DNA of 64,000 nucleotides from Hypanus sabinus (Eukaryota): NCBI RefSeq assembly GCF_030144855.1, contig NC_082718.1, positions 14,322,001 to 14,386,000 of the forward strand, read 5' to 3'. Shown piece by piece: positions 26,026 to 38,073 of this stretch (position 1 is its first letter; each line of letters starts with the position of its first letter). The notes under the pieces were generated by a model. It saw only the letters and a program-made list of their open reading frames with translations, ran no database searches and was not told where the DNA came from. The position numbers and the translations under genes were made by a program.

Positions 26026-26224
26026 ACTGAAATCTACAATATTTCAACTATTGATCTGACTAATAGAAACTGGAGCCTACAGATTCAGTGAAACACACCC
26101 TGGATCACAGGGAGTCAACATAGACACTTCAGCTGGAGATTGTGCTCTGAGTTTATAGAAATGAACCAGCTGAGACCAATAGTCAACAGATCTCCAAGAT
26201 CAGTCACTGGTTTCTGGGACTTAC

Positions 26225-26373
26225 CTCAGCCTCTTTCCATGTTTTCGTGGAATTGAAACAGCGGTAACAGGATCTTGTACTCTTATATACAAACCAGCCG
26301 ATCTCACAAGGTCCTCTGGTTAATTCTCCAAAGGACCGCAGAGTCTCTTCCAATTCCGAGGAATTGCCCATCC
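26225..26373 (-). CDS. Secreted C-type lectin, exon 3
   Basis: aaag / gtaagt; 149 nt, phase 1 to 0; (G)MGNSSELEETLRSFGELTRGPCEIGWFVYKSTRSCYRCFNSTKTWKEAE. Confidence 0.93.
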
Positions 26374-27429
26374 CTTTCATTTAAAATGGAATTAAGAGTT
26401 AAATCAAGTGAAATAATTGAAGCACCATTCCCAGATAGACACCACACCAGAAACTTAAGGGAGCTATAGAAGTTGTCCAATGGTCTTTGCCCATTGCATA
26501 GTGTCAGAGAGCTGAGGGATTTCTGTTGACACCCTTGTCCTTGTTTACAATGAGGACGGGGGCTAAACCTGGCAACTAGAGGTCACAGTGAGACATTGGT
26601 GGTGGGGAAATAGTTCTGATGGATGGAAAGAATTAGTATTTAGAGTTTGGAAGTTATTCAAGGAATTGTATCTGATGAACAATTAACTTTATGGGGTCTT
26701 TAATCAAGGTGTCAGGAGTGTATATTAGTTTTAGAAAATAAAGATGTTAACAAAATGCTTGAGAAAGGACATTATGGCTGCTTCAAAAGAAGAGTAAATG
26801 TTGTTAGATACTTGAGAAACAACTTTATACAACAGTGATTTTATTTAACTAAGAAGGTGATGGGTGTGGGGAACTGTCTTCCTGATTGGATATAGAGACA
26901 GAAACCCTCATCACATTAAACAGAACTTCAACATTGAGATGTATCATTGAGGAATTGTGACCAACTGCGCAATGGACATGGTGTGAGATGGGTTATACTG
27001 ACTTTCCACTGACACCAACACAATGGGCCAAGGGGGTTACCTCTCAGCCATAAATTTCCTCTGACCCTGTGAGAGTGGATTGATGGTGCACTGTCTCCAT
27101 GGTGAGTGTGTCCTTCCTCAGGTACAGAGACAAAAATACACACTCTGAATGGGTCTCCCTCAGACCAATTAAAGTATCAGCCAACCTACTCCAGCTTTCC
27201 TGCAATTATAGCCGCTCAACTCTTGGCTTCCTTATTGTTCACTCTCTCTGTATGAAACTCTCCACAGTTCAGGAACCCCCACACTGAGATCCCTCTTCTC
27301 AACAGCATTTCCTGTTTTCCTAACGTGTAAGCTACCCTTTTCACTGAGCAAAGTTCATAATCTCACTGTTTCCCATGATATTCTCCATCTGCTACATTCT
27401 TGCCTATTTGTGGAAGAATTTATTTTATT

Positions 27430-27712
27430 TGTAGAGACAGTGCAGAATAAACCCTTCTGACCCTTCAAACCACACTGCTTAGCAAAGCTCAGCAACCCCT
27501 GATGTAACATTAACGCAATCACGGGACAATTTACAATGGTCTATTAACCTACTAGCCAATGCATCTTTGGACTGTGGGAAGAAACCGGAGCACCCAGAGA
27601 AACTCACACGTTCCATGGGGAGGATGTACTAACTCCTGACAAAGGACAACAGGATTGAACTCCATCTCTGACACCCTGAGTCATAACAGTGTTGTGCTAA
27701 CTGCTCTGCTAT
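27430..27712 (-). mobile_element. V-SINE (HE1-like) in lectin intron 2
   Basis: 'tgggaagaaaccggagcacccagagaaactcacacg..ggggaggatgtactaactcc' is the reverse complement of the V-SINE central domain. Confidence 0.75.
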
Positions 27713-27974
27713 TCTTATTGAAATAAATAGAACATTTGAGAGCAACTTTTACAAATAAAACATAGTTCATAAAGGTAAGTTAAGGAAACCAAAATTTTGA
27801 GAACAATCACGTGGGACAGACAAACTATTTTATTATTCCTCAACATCATGGGTATCAAGTTCACAACATCCAGAGCATTAGACCAGTGCCTGTAGAACCT
27901 TCTACTCTGCATCTCCTATCTTCCTCACATATAGTCACATAGTCTCTGACTCACCTTCCATCTCAATAGCTCAG

Positions 27975-28965
27975 AGATGAATATAGGACAATACAGCACA
28001 TGAACAGGCTCCTTGGCCACAAAGTTATGCCAAATGAGCTACAAAGTAAATCAAAACCTCCCAGAGACTAATCCCTCCTACCTGCACAATGTCCTTGTGG
28101 CTCAATCTTCCTCACATTCATGTGTCTATCTAAATATCTCTTCAAAGCCTCTGATTAATTTGTCTCTGCCACCATACCAGGCTTCGTATTCCAGGCACCC
28201 ACCACTTTCTGAGTAAAAAACTTACTCCTCACATCCCCTCCAAACTTATCCCCTCTCACCTTCAATGCATGTCATGAGAGGCTGGACAAACTTGACTTGT
28301 TTTCTTAGGAGTGGTGGAGGCTGAGGGGAGATGTTGGGTAACAGGTACTCCCTGTCCACTCAGTCTACACACTTCATAATCTTATCAGATCTCCTATCAG
28401 TTTCAACCACTCCAAAGAGAACAACCCAATTTGTTCAACCTCTCATGATAGCACATGCCCTCTAAACCAGGAGGCATCCTGATAAACCTCTTCTGCACCC
28501 TCTGTGAAGCCTCAACATCCTTCCTACTGTGAGGTGACCATAACTGTATGCTATACTCCAGATGTGGCCAACACAGAGTTTTATAAAGTTTCAACATAAC
28601 CTCTTGATTGGTGAATTGCCTCCTTGTAATTTCCTAATCAAGTGCAAAACGTTAATGTGTATCTGGGTTAAAATCCATCTGCCATTTCTTTGCCCATATC
28701 TACAAAGGATCTATATTACATTGTATTCTTTTCTAGCCTTCTGCATTATCCCCACTCCATTAATCTTGGTATTGTTCACAAACTTATTAACCGAACCATC
28801 TACATTTTCATCCAGGCCATTTATGGACATCACAAACAGCAGAGGTCCCAACACAGATCCCTGCAAAACTCCACAAGTTACAGGCCTGCAGCTTGAATAA
28901 CTTCCTTCAACCATGACCCTCTGTCTTTTATGTGCAAGCCAGTTCTGAATCGTAACAGCCAATTC
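27975..28965 (-). mobile_element. CR1 3' fragment in lectin intron 2
   Basis: 'QGSVLGPLLF', 'LYKTLCWPHLEYSIQLWSPH..RVQKRFIRM'. Confidence 0.85.
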
Positions 28966-29134
28966 GCCATGTCCCTATGCATTTTAAGTATCCCAGACAG
29001 GAGAAATTTCCTATCACTTCCCATCCAGCCCCAATGTCCACAAATTCCCATGTCCCACTGTCCCAACACAGTGCCTGTACATTCACTCCTCATAGATATA
29101 TATTTATAAAGCTCCTAGAATCAATGGACCTTAC

Positions 29135-29189
29135 CTGCCACATCACTGACAAACAGTGTGGTCACCACCAAAACCCACATCAGCATCAT
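29135..29189 (-). CDS. Secreted C-type lectin, exon 2 coding part (signal peptide)
   Basis: Exon starts at 29205 after ttttcttgtgtttcag; ATG at 29189; MMLMWVLVVTTLFVSDVA + G, donor CAG/gtaagg, phase 1 matches exon 3. Spliced CDS is 525 nt = 174 aa + stop. Confidence 0.92.
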
Positions 29190-29282
29190 GTTTCTTCCTT
29201 CAAACCTGAAACACAAGAAAATAATTCACCATTAGTGACAGGTTTCCCAGTGAAAGTTGGGATATCTTGCTGCCATTCCCAC

Positions 29283-29326
29283 CTCTCTCTCTCTCTCTCT
29301 CTCTCTTCAAGATGCCTGTGTTGAGT
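29283..29326 (-). other. Predicted non-coding exon 1 of the lectin gene, ending in (GA)12
   Basis: Inr-like ctactc ~30 nt below the TATA box; donor GAG/gtggga at 29282; 77-nt intron to the 29205 acceptor. Confidence 0.65.
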
Positions 29327-29350
29327 AGATTTCCACTCCTGATGCACCCC

Positions 29351-29414
29351 TATATATATGTGTAGATCTGAGATCTTGGAGGCTTTGAGAACCATTGAAA
29401 TCAAACCCAATTGG
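29351..29414 (-). promoter_or_regulatory. Lectin core promoter: TATA box (29351-29358) and CCAAT box (29407-29414)
   Basis: tatatatagggg at about -30 and palindromic ccaattgg at about -85 from the predicted TSS. Confidence 0.65.
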
Positions 29415-29729
29415 CTGGACCCACCTACAGGAAATTTTTTGCCAACCAATCACTGATTGACAGAGTTGATCAAGGTGACGAGGAAACCAGAGAACTGACT
29501 TGAGAATTCCTAAGTGTGACTGTAGAATGTTATTCTGTAACAGAACACTAAGAAATGGAAGCTGCAGAAAGCATTTATCATCCCATGAAGTGTTTGTGAT
29601 ATTAGACCACAATGAATAGTATCTAAATATTATCTACATGAACAATTAGGATGTAATATTCAGTTGAATCCTACAAAAACAACAGAGTATTTACGCAGAT
29701 CACCTCACTCACTCATATATTTGCTCTGG

Positions 29730-29940
29730 TCTGTTTCCCTTTTGTGCTCTTCATGCAATCCTAGGTAGGTCTGTAATCTAGTATAGTTGTGTGTGTTTTT
29801 TTCTCTCTGTTTTTTTTTACGTAGTTCAGTCTAGTTTTTGTAATGTGTCATGTAATACCATGGTCCTGAAAAATGTTGTCTCATTTTTACTGTACTGTAC
29901 TAGCTGTTATGGTCGAAGTGACAATAAAAGTGACTTGACT
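29730..29940 (+). mobile_element. Rex1-type LINE 3' tail
   Basis: Same 3' UTR as 37890-38073, ending aataaaagtgacttgact. Confidence 0.75.
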
Positions 29941-31774
29941 TATGGGGAATCTTCCTCTGTCACTTTCCCTGGAAAGATTGTAATCCATCTGTGAGGAATG
30001 GGTTCAATTCGGAATCATATTCTCTGACCAATGAGGAGCTGGAATGAAGTCTGCTCAGAAGGAGCAGGAAAGGATGTGAAGATAGTGCACTGCTTGATAC
30101 TTGACACTTTTATAGAGACAGTTCATGGAGATCCCAGAACTAACATGATCTGGAAAGGGATCCATGGATCTCCAGTGGACTGGGACTGATGGGCCAAATG
30201 GATCTTTCTTTCCCTGGATTTCCTCCTCTCACTTCTGCTCAACTTGCCAATTATCTAAGATCTCTACCCTCTAGTTAGTGCCCCTGTTGCCTGGCAGAGA
30301 GATGTTGGAATTTGTTGATAAACCAGCTGATGATGGTTGTGTCCGAGACACTGACCTAAGCAATTTCTGCAGTGATGTCCTGAGCCAGGATATTCTACCA
30401 TAACCACCTGACTTTGAGTGAGAAATGAATCCAATCATTGAATCTCCTTGATGACTCTTGTCTCAAGATCACCAGGTCTCCTCGATGGTGCACTATCAAA
30501 TGCTGCTTTGCTTTGAAGGAGTGTCTGTGCGACCTCACCTCTGCAGACCAGCTGTTTGATCTGTGTTTGTACCAAGGCTGGTATATGGTTGAGCTGAGTG
30601 ATCTTCATGAAACTGACAATAAGTGTGAGTGAGCAGATTATAAGAAGGGAAGTGACACTGGACTGCTCCGTGGACAGCTCCTTCTATCAATTTACTGATA
30701 AACAAGAGGGATTATCTGGTACTTAGCTGGACTGGACATGTCCTGCTTCATTGGGGATCTGATTTATTGGCCAATCCATATTGCAGACTTTGGGGAGGAA
30801 GGGAAAATCGGAGATGGGTTTATTTATACAGAGTCAAGGATAGGTTTTTGATTGTAGGCATGTTGATGAAGGTTTGAAGGAGAAGGGAACCTGTCCCATG
30901 TTTGACCTGTGGGCATCACCAGTTACTTGTCAGCACTAAAGACTGATGCATTCATCACAAGGATAAGAAAATATTAGCAATTTCTTGGAGACCCTACTTA
31001 AACTAACACAAAGCTAACCCCTATTTAGAAGAAAAAATGTGCAAATGTTGTATATCTGAAATTAAAACACTGGAAATATTGCAAGTTACACAGCATTTGC
31101 ACAGGGAGACATAGGAAAGTACCCGATAAATCTGTGCTGCAACTGTGTAGAACAAGTTTCACACTGTAGAGAAAGTGGGGTGGAGGGCAGAGAAAGTGAG
31201 TGAGGTATGGGAGTGATGGGGAGGCCTGAAAGAGGGTGAACAGAGTTGGTGAATGATCAAAGGTACATGCAGGGGAGGAGAAAATAATAAAACAGAGAAT
31301 TATTTTTCCCATCAACAAGTGGTGTCCCACTGAAATCACCAAGTTTATCAGAACTAAAATATGAATGGTTTAGAGCAGTAGTGTGCTGAAAGAGTTAAAG
31401 GAAAGTTGTGAATTGTTGATCAGAGAGTAGTTGAACAAATTTAATAAAACTGAGGCGGATGTCAGATTGTTGAGAGATTTGCAGAACATATTATTATGAA
31501 ACTTACTTTCTTCCTTGATCAGGTCCATTGTTTCATTTCCTCTGTAACAAATGAGATGTTTTGTCGAAGATCTTTTTGGAAAAACCAGAATTTCCTGTAC
31601 AACCTTGTTGCTGGGAAGTGCTGTTGATGCCAAGCTTTAAGATGTTATTGTACTATTTTTGGTAACATCTGAGTGTACTTAATGAACTTGAAATGGGGCC
31701 TCAGAGCAACACTGTAAAGTATCAGTGAGAGTTTCTTGTTTTTGTTCTCCAAAATCCTTATTATTATAAACCAC

Positions 31775-32150
31775 ATTCTCTCCATATCCATCTTATCTAG
31801 TGCTTTCAATATTCAGAAGGTTTCAATAAGATCCCCCACCCACGAACCCCTCTAAATTCCAGTGAGAACAGGCCCAAAGCTGCCAAATGCTCCTCATATG
31901 TTAACCCTTCAGTCCCAGAATCATCCTCGCAAACCTCCTCTGGACTCTCTCCAATGACAACAAATCCTTTCTGAGGCATGAGGAAGCAATGTGATTGCAG
32001 AAGGACTTAGACAAATTGGAAGAATGGACAAAAAAGAGGCAGATGGAGTACAGTGTTGGGAAATGTATGATAATGCACTTTGGTAAGATAAACAACAGTA
32101 AAGACTATTATCTAAATGGAGAGAAGGTTCAAACTTTAGAGGTGCAGAGG
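31775..32150. mobile_element. CR1 fragment with internal inversion
   Basis: 31775-31980 minus ('LERVQRRFARMI'); 31981-32150 plus ('QKDLDKLEEW..QMEYSVGKC..MHFG'). Confidence 0.8.
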
Positions 32151-33446
32151 CGGAGATGGCCAAAAGTGTCCTGCACCAGGTGTTCCAGATCCACAATTTT
32201 CCGACGGACATTGTGTCAGATCGCAATCCACAATTTATGTCACGTTTTTGGAGAGTGATTCGTAAGCTGATTGGGGTAACGATGAGACTTTCCTCCAGGT
32301 TTCACCCACAGTCCAATGCCCAGATGGAGCAGGTGAACCAAGATTTGGAACAAACTCTAAGACCTGCAGCCTCTGAAAGACCAGATGAGGTCGCCCACAA
32401 CATTTTACAGCATTTGGCACACAGGATATCCCCTTTCAAATATCAGTTTAGGCGTTCTCTCCTACTCTTCCCTGAGCAGGAGTCCAAGGTTGGAGTTCCT
32501 GAAAGGAGAAATGGATTAGGGCAAGGGACGTTTCATTAGCTACCTCCGGAAAGCTGAAACAAAGGCTAACTGCAAGAAAAAACAAGGGCTAGTTTACCAG
32601 CCTGAGCTACAGGTCTTGCTGTTGACTTGGGATTTGCCTCTGCAGGTAGAATCTAGAGAATTGGTGCTCAAGTTCATTGGACCCTTCAAGGTTCTCAGGA
32701 AAGTAAACTTGGAGGCTTACACCTTGCAAGTCCCCAAGACTATCAAGACCAATCCCACTTTCTTCATTTCCAAATTTAAACCTGTGAACACTAGCCCTTT
32801 AGCACCAACACCATCAGTCTCACCACTACCCAGGTTTGTCGATGGGGAGCAGGTCTTCGCTGTGAGAAGAATTTTGGATTCTCCAACTGTTCTGAGCGTT
32901 CAGCAATCCCTTGTGGACTGGGAGGGAGTCAGACCCGAGGGACGGTGCTGGGTTCCTAAAAGGGATATCTTGGATCCGGCTCTCATCCAAGACTGCCATT
33001 AGTGTCTCTCCGAGCAGCCAGGGCCGTCAGGAGTCGGCTGTAGAGGAGGGGTTCCCATTGCAACACGAACCCAACCACGCCAGCTTCTGGGGTTTAGACG
33101 CTCTAACTCTGCGGAATATGGATATCTGGCGCAGCCCACTTAAGGACTCAGGCCACCACACCAATTGTTTTGGCACCTGGACTGAATATTTAAAGAGCAC
33201 CTGAACTGAAGTTCGGTGCTCAATTGTCAGCTCAACTTTGGATTCTCGTTCACCATCCAGTTTAGAACCCTGTCTTCTTTTCAGTCCTGTATTGTGCCTC
33301 GATTCCAGTTTTGGATACTCTAGCAGCTGGGTCCTAACCATTCCCACCCAGGCCTCTTATCACACGTGGAGATTGGGATGGTTTTGCTCATGTAAATGAG
33401 GAGTATGGGATTTGTAATAAAGATTTATCACCTCCATCCTATAACT
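32151..33446 (+). mobile_element. Gypsy chromovirus 3' part (integrase, chromodomain, PPT, LTR)
   Basis: 'IVSDRNPQFMSRFW..SSRFHPQSNAQMEQVNQ', 'KFIGPFKV', 'VDWEGVRPEGRCWVPKRDILDP'; PPT agaggagggg near 33042; AATAAA near 33417. Confidence 0.88.
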
Positions 33447-34580
33447 GAATTGAACTGAGTTGACTTCATTATTTACATCCTTTGCATACATGAGGGTAAA
33501 AATCTTTACGTTACGTCTCTGTCTACATGTGCAATGTATAATTTATAGTAATTTTATAATAAATAGTATGTACAACAGGACAGTCAATATAACATAGAAA
33601 TACAATTATATCAGTGTGAATTAATCAGTCTGATGGCCTGGTGGAAGAAGCTGTCCCGGAGTTTGCTGGTCCTTGCTTTTAGGCTGTAGTACCATTTCCC
33701 GGACTGTAGCAGCTGGAACAGTTTGAGGTTGGGGTGACTCAGGTCCCCAATGATCTTTCGGGCCCTTTTTATGCACCTGTCTAAATAGTGAGAAGTACAC
33801 ATCTATAGATATGCTGGTCTGTCCGCACCACTCTCTACAGTGACCTGTGATTGAGGGAAGTACAGTTCCCATACCAGGCAGTGATGCAGCCAGTCAGGAT
33901 TCTCTCTACTGTGCCCCTGTAGAAAGTCCTGCGGATTTGGGGTCTCATACCAAACTTCTTCAATGGCCTAAGGTGAAAGAGGTGCTGTTGTGCTTCTTTC
34001 ACCACACAGCTGTAATGCACAGACCATGTGAGATCCTCGGTGCTGAGGAACTTAAAGCTGTTTACCCTCTCAACCCCAGACCTATCGATGTCACTAGGGG
34101 TGAGCCTGACTCCATTCCTCCTGTAGACCACAACCAGCTCCTTTGTTTTTGTGACATTGAGGGAGAGGTTGTTTTCTTGACATCACTGTATCAGGGTGAT
34201 GACTTCTTCCCTGTAGGCTCCCTTGTTATTATTTGAGATAAGGCCAATCGATGTAGTATTGTCAGCAAATTTAATTAGCAGATTGGAATTGTGGGTGGTG
34301 ACACAGTCATGAGTATACAGAGAATAAAGGAGGGGGCTGAGGACACAGCATTGAGGGGCACCTGTGTTGAGAGTCAGAAGGGCAGCAGTGAGGGAGCCCA
34401 CTCTTACCACCTGCTGGCCATCTGACAGGAAGACCAGAATCCAGCTGCACAAGGCAAGGTTAAGGCTGCGGTCTCTGAGCTTGTCATCAAGTCTGGTGGG
34501 AAATATGGTGCTGAACTGTAGTCCAGGAACAGCATTTTCACATAAACATTCTTCTTCTCCAGATGCTTGATGACAGTGTA
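33447..34580 (-). mobile_element. Rex1/Babar LINE 3' portion
   Basis: 'LNTGAPQCCVLSPLLYSLYTHDC..IKFADNT'; (tgaat/tgaac) tail at 33447. Confidence 0.9.
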
Positions 34581-36260
34581 TTGTTACAATCCGGCAACAA
34601 TGAATATAGAATCGCTGGCTTACGAAATGCCCTTGGAAGGTAATGATGCTTTAACCTTGTTTAGAGATGGGTATAGGAAGTGCCATGAGGGCACTCCATG
34701 AAGGGAATCAGCTGTTGTGAATAAGGGTGGAAAACTAATGGCAAAAGGAAAACTCCTGGACCATAAGTCAAAACAATTGGCAGAACTAAAAGCACTAACA
34801 AAGGCTCTTAAAATTACAAAAAGACAGAGAATGAACATTTTCACAGACAGTAGGTACGCTTTCCAAGTAATACATGATTACATGGCAGAACGGGCAATTG
34901 TGGAGGAATCGAGTCCAGTCCCGAGAGAGGTAATGAGTGTCAGGAAGGAACAGAAGGAAGACTGAAAGGCAATAGATAAGGATTCATTGTCAGAAGAAAA
35001 TCGGATTTGGTTACAGGTAGGAGCCTTGCAAAAGGAAGATAGATGTGGTGAGAAGGTGAACATTTCTAACCCCAGAGTTGATCAGGCAAACACTGTTAAA
35101 AACCTACCGTGGTTTCGCCTACACAGGGTGGGATAAGATGAGGACCCAGCTAGAAGGATGTACTGTCAGTGGTGGCTGGGGAAGGGGAGAGATATTGATA
35201 TATTCTGCCAGTGTATAAAGATGTGCATGATGTGACTCAGGAAAAGCTGTAAAAATGGGTGCAACTTCAGTTGGACTTTACAGGACTAGAGGGTAAATGG
35301 TATTGGTTAGTGATCACGGTTCACTTCCCCAAGGGAAAGGAAACATTCCTGTGTTGGGATTGATCAGCCAAGATGATAGCCCATGTGCTGGATGAGCTGG
35401 TAATAGCTGGGTGGGGAGTACCAGTCAGCCTAGATTTGGATCAGGGGACACACTTTACTGGAATGACATCACCTCTTTGAGCTCTCTCCTCATCTCAAGC
35501 AAATGAGGACCGAGGGAATAAAGAAGAGTAACCAACTGTGGGGTTACCACTGGCGTGTGGTTTTACATGAGGAATGTGACAGTATGTGGTACTGTGAACA
35601 CTGCATAGTGCTTGGAGGAGATCCCGTGCGGAGGGATCTACTCGAGAGGAGGGTTCCGTAATAATGTTTGCCTTGCAGAGACATGGGAGTGACCAACCAT
35701 TCACACTAAAGTGTGGCAATGAATCCTGTATGGTAAAGCGACCAGTCTGTTCCATTCAGGAATTGATCATTGTGGGGTCCCTGTTACCACAAGAGCACTA
35801 CAATGCCGTAAGGACCAGAGGGACACTTGTGGGAGGAGGGGAGTGGGGACAGTGTCATCTTTAGAAGGTTACACTAGTACCAAAAAGGTTACGTTAGTAC
35901 CAGGTTACAGATATGTGAAAAGAGTTTTTAACCTGTTTTGTGACTCCCTTGTTTTATAAGGAAAGTACTGATCACCTTTTTACTGTTTGAACATGTTAAT
36001 TATGGTGAGTTTAGAACAGAAAGCGGGGGATGAAAAATAGGCTTGATAGAGTTTTTAGGAGCAGGATATTCAACAGGTATGTCCACAGTCAATACTTTAG
36101 ATATAACAGAGATAGATAAACAAATCAGTTCCCTTTGGCAGAAGGTGAAGAGGATCATAAGACAGAATCATGGTGATTTGGGACAAGCTTGTAGAATAGG
36201 GAACCAAAGGGAACCAAAATAGGGAACCAGTTCTTGGGATTCTTTTAAATGTTTTACATC
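34581..36260 (+). mobile_element. Endogenous retrovirus remnant (RNase H, integrase, PPT, 3' LTR start)
   Basis: 'YNPATM'; 'LFRDG..SKQLAELKALTKAL..MNIFTDSRYAFQVIH'; 'LQLDFTG..WGVPVSLDLDQGTHFTG'; PPT agaaagcggggga (36018-36030) followed by TG. Confidence 0.8.
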
Positions 36261-36754
36261 ACAGGGCTGTGGTCCCACAAAATGTACAGATTGTCATTAT
36301 TATTCTGCAAAGGCATTTCAGTAAATAATGCAGCCAGTCACTGGTAAAAATGCAACTCTTCGTTGAAACCCTCAGGAAGGGGACTTGTTGGTCATCACTG
36401 CACTGACCTCTCTGTGACACCTGTCTCTCGTCAAAGTGCCGCCCCTTCATTGCGTGCCCTCTGAGGTTTTCCAAAATCCCTAGTGATAGAACTGCTGTAC
36501 CCAAAGCATCTCCAAGCTGGCAGGTTTCGCCATAGAATTCCTCTGTTAGCAACAATCTCACTTTACAAAGTCCAGGTAAAACATGTCAGGTATTACAGAG
36601 AAAAACAACAGAAAGACCTTTAGAATAATTCGAGTAAAACTCAGACATGTCCCTTGTGATGCATGGATGCTGTAGCGAAGAGTTATTACAGGCCTTTATT
36701 CAATGCAGCAAATTTGTTGACTCTATTATATGAGCGAGTCTGAAGATGCTTGTG

Positions 36755-37062
36755 TTGTCACATGGCCAAGTGGTTAAGGCGTTTGTCTAGTGATCTGAAG
36801 GTCACTGGTTCAAGCCTCAGCTGAGGCTGCAGGTGTGTCCTTGAGCAAGGCACAAAACTACACATTGCTCTGCGAAGACACCGGTGCCAAGCTGTATGGA
36901 TCCTAATGCCCTTCCCTTGGACAACATCGGTGGCCTGAAGAGGGGAGACTTGCAGCTTGGGCAAATGCTGGTCTTCCATATAAAAAAACCTTGCCCAGGA
37001 AGCTTCCCAAGGCACAAATCCATGGTCTATTGAGACTAATGGAGGCCTACCTACTACTACTG
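36755..37062 (+). mobile_element. tRNA-derived CORE-like SINE
   Basis: A box tggccaagtgg (36763), B-box-like ggttcaagcc, core gtgtgtccttgagcaaggcac, (tac)n tail. Confidence 0.8.
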
Positions 37063-37289
37063 AAAGCAACACACTTCTGAACACAAACTCCAGACACCCA
37101 AATTATACCTGTACCTCTTTAGTTACAGAGCTGTGAAATAGCTCCCTGAATGTACAGCTGGGCTGAATATCCTGAAGTCTGCATTAAGTGGGTGGGACAT
37201 GCCTTTAACAATGTGATAATAGAGGAGATGGTCATGTCATGCCTTCCCAGATCTCATGCTGAAGGTTTTAATGACCAATTAATCGCTGA

Positions 37290-38073
37290 ATTCAAAGTTC
37301 CAATGACCGCTGAACATCGACGGCTCCTCGGTAGAGATCATTAAGAGCACCAAATTTCTTGGTGTTCACCTGGCAGAGAATCTCACCTGGTCCCTCAACA
37401 CCAGCTGCATGGCAAAGAAAGCCCAGCAGCGTCTCTACTTTCTGCAAAGTCTGAGGAAAGTCCATCTCCCACCCCCCATCCTCATCACATTCTACAGGGG
37501 TTGTACTGAGAGCATCCTGAACAGCTGCATCACTGCCTGGGGTTTGGAAATTGCAAATCGGATCGCGAAACACTGCAGCAGATGGTGAGGTCAACTGAGA
37601 AGATCATCGGGGTATCTCTTCCCGCAATTACAGACATTTGCACTACACGCTGCATCTGCGAAGCAAACAGCATTATGAAGGACCCCATGCACCCCTCATA
37701 CAAACTCTTCTGCCTCCTGTCATCTGGGAAAAGGCACCATTGCATTTGAGCTGTCACGACCAGACTATGTAACAGTTTCTTCCCCCAAGCTATCAGACTC
37801 CTCATTACCCAAAGCCTGGACTGACACCAATTTACTGCCCTATTGTCTTCTTTATTATTTATTTTAATGCCTGAACTTTTTTGCGCACTTTATACAGTCC
37901 TGGGTAGGTCTGTAGTCTAGTGCAGTTTTTTCTGTATTATTTTTCTATGTAGTTCAGTCTAGTTTTTGCACTGTTTCATGTAACACCGTGGTCCTGAAAA
38001 ACATTGTCTCATTTTTATTGTGTACTGTACCAGCAGTTATGGTTGAAATGACAATATAAAGTGACTTGACTTG
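37290..38073 (+). mobile_element. Rex1/Babar LINE 3' portion
   Basis: '[21 protein letters not shown]' region; tail (gactt)n. Confidence 0.85.

Noticed and set aside
30720-30790. 'SAIWIGQ' on the minus strand as a second lectin exon
   Set aside because: Stop codon immediately after the motif and no other CTLD residues; probably chance (an attggccaat palindrome).
36755-36830. tRNA gene
   Set aside because: A/B boxes continue into a SINE core and tail, with a second copy at ~21000; it is a SINE head.
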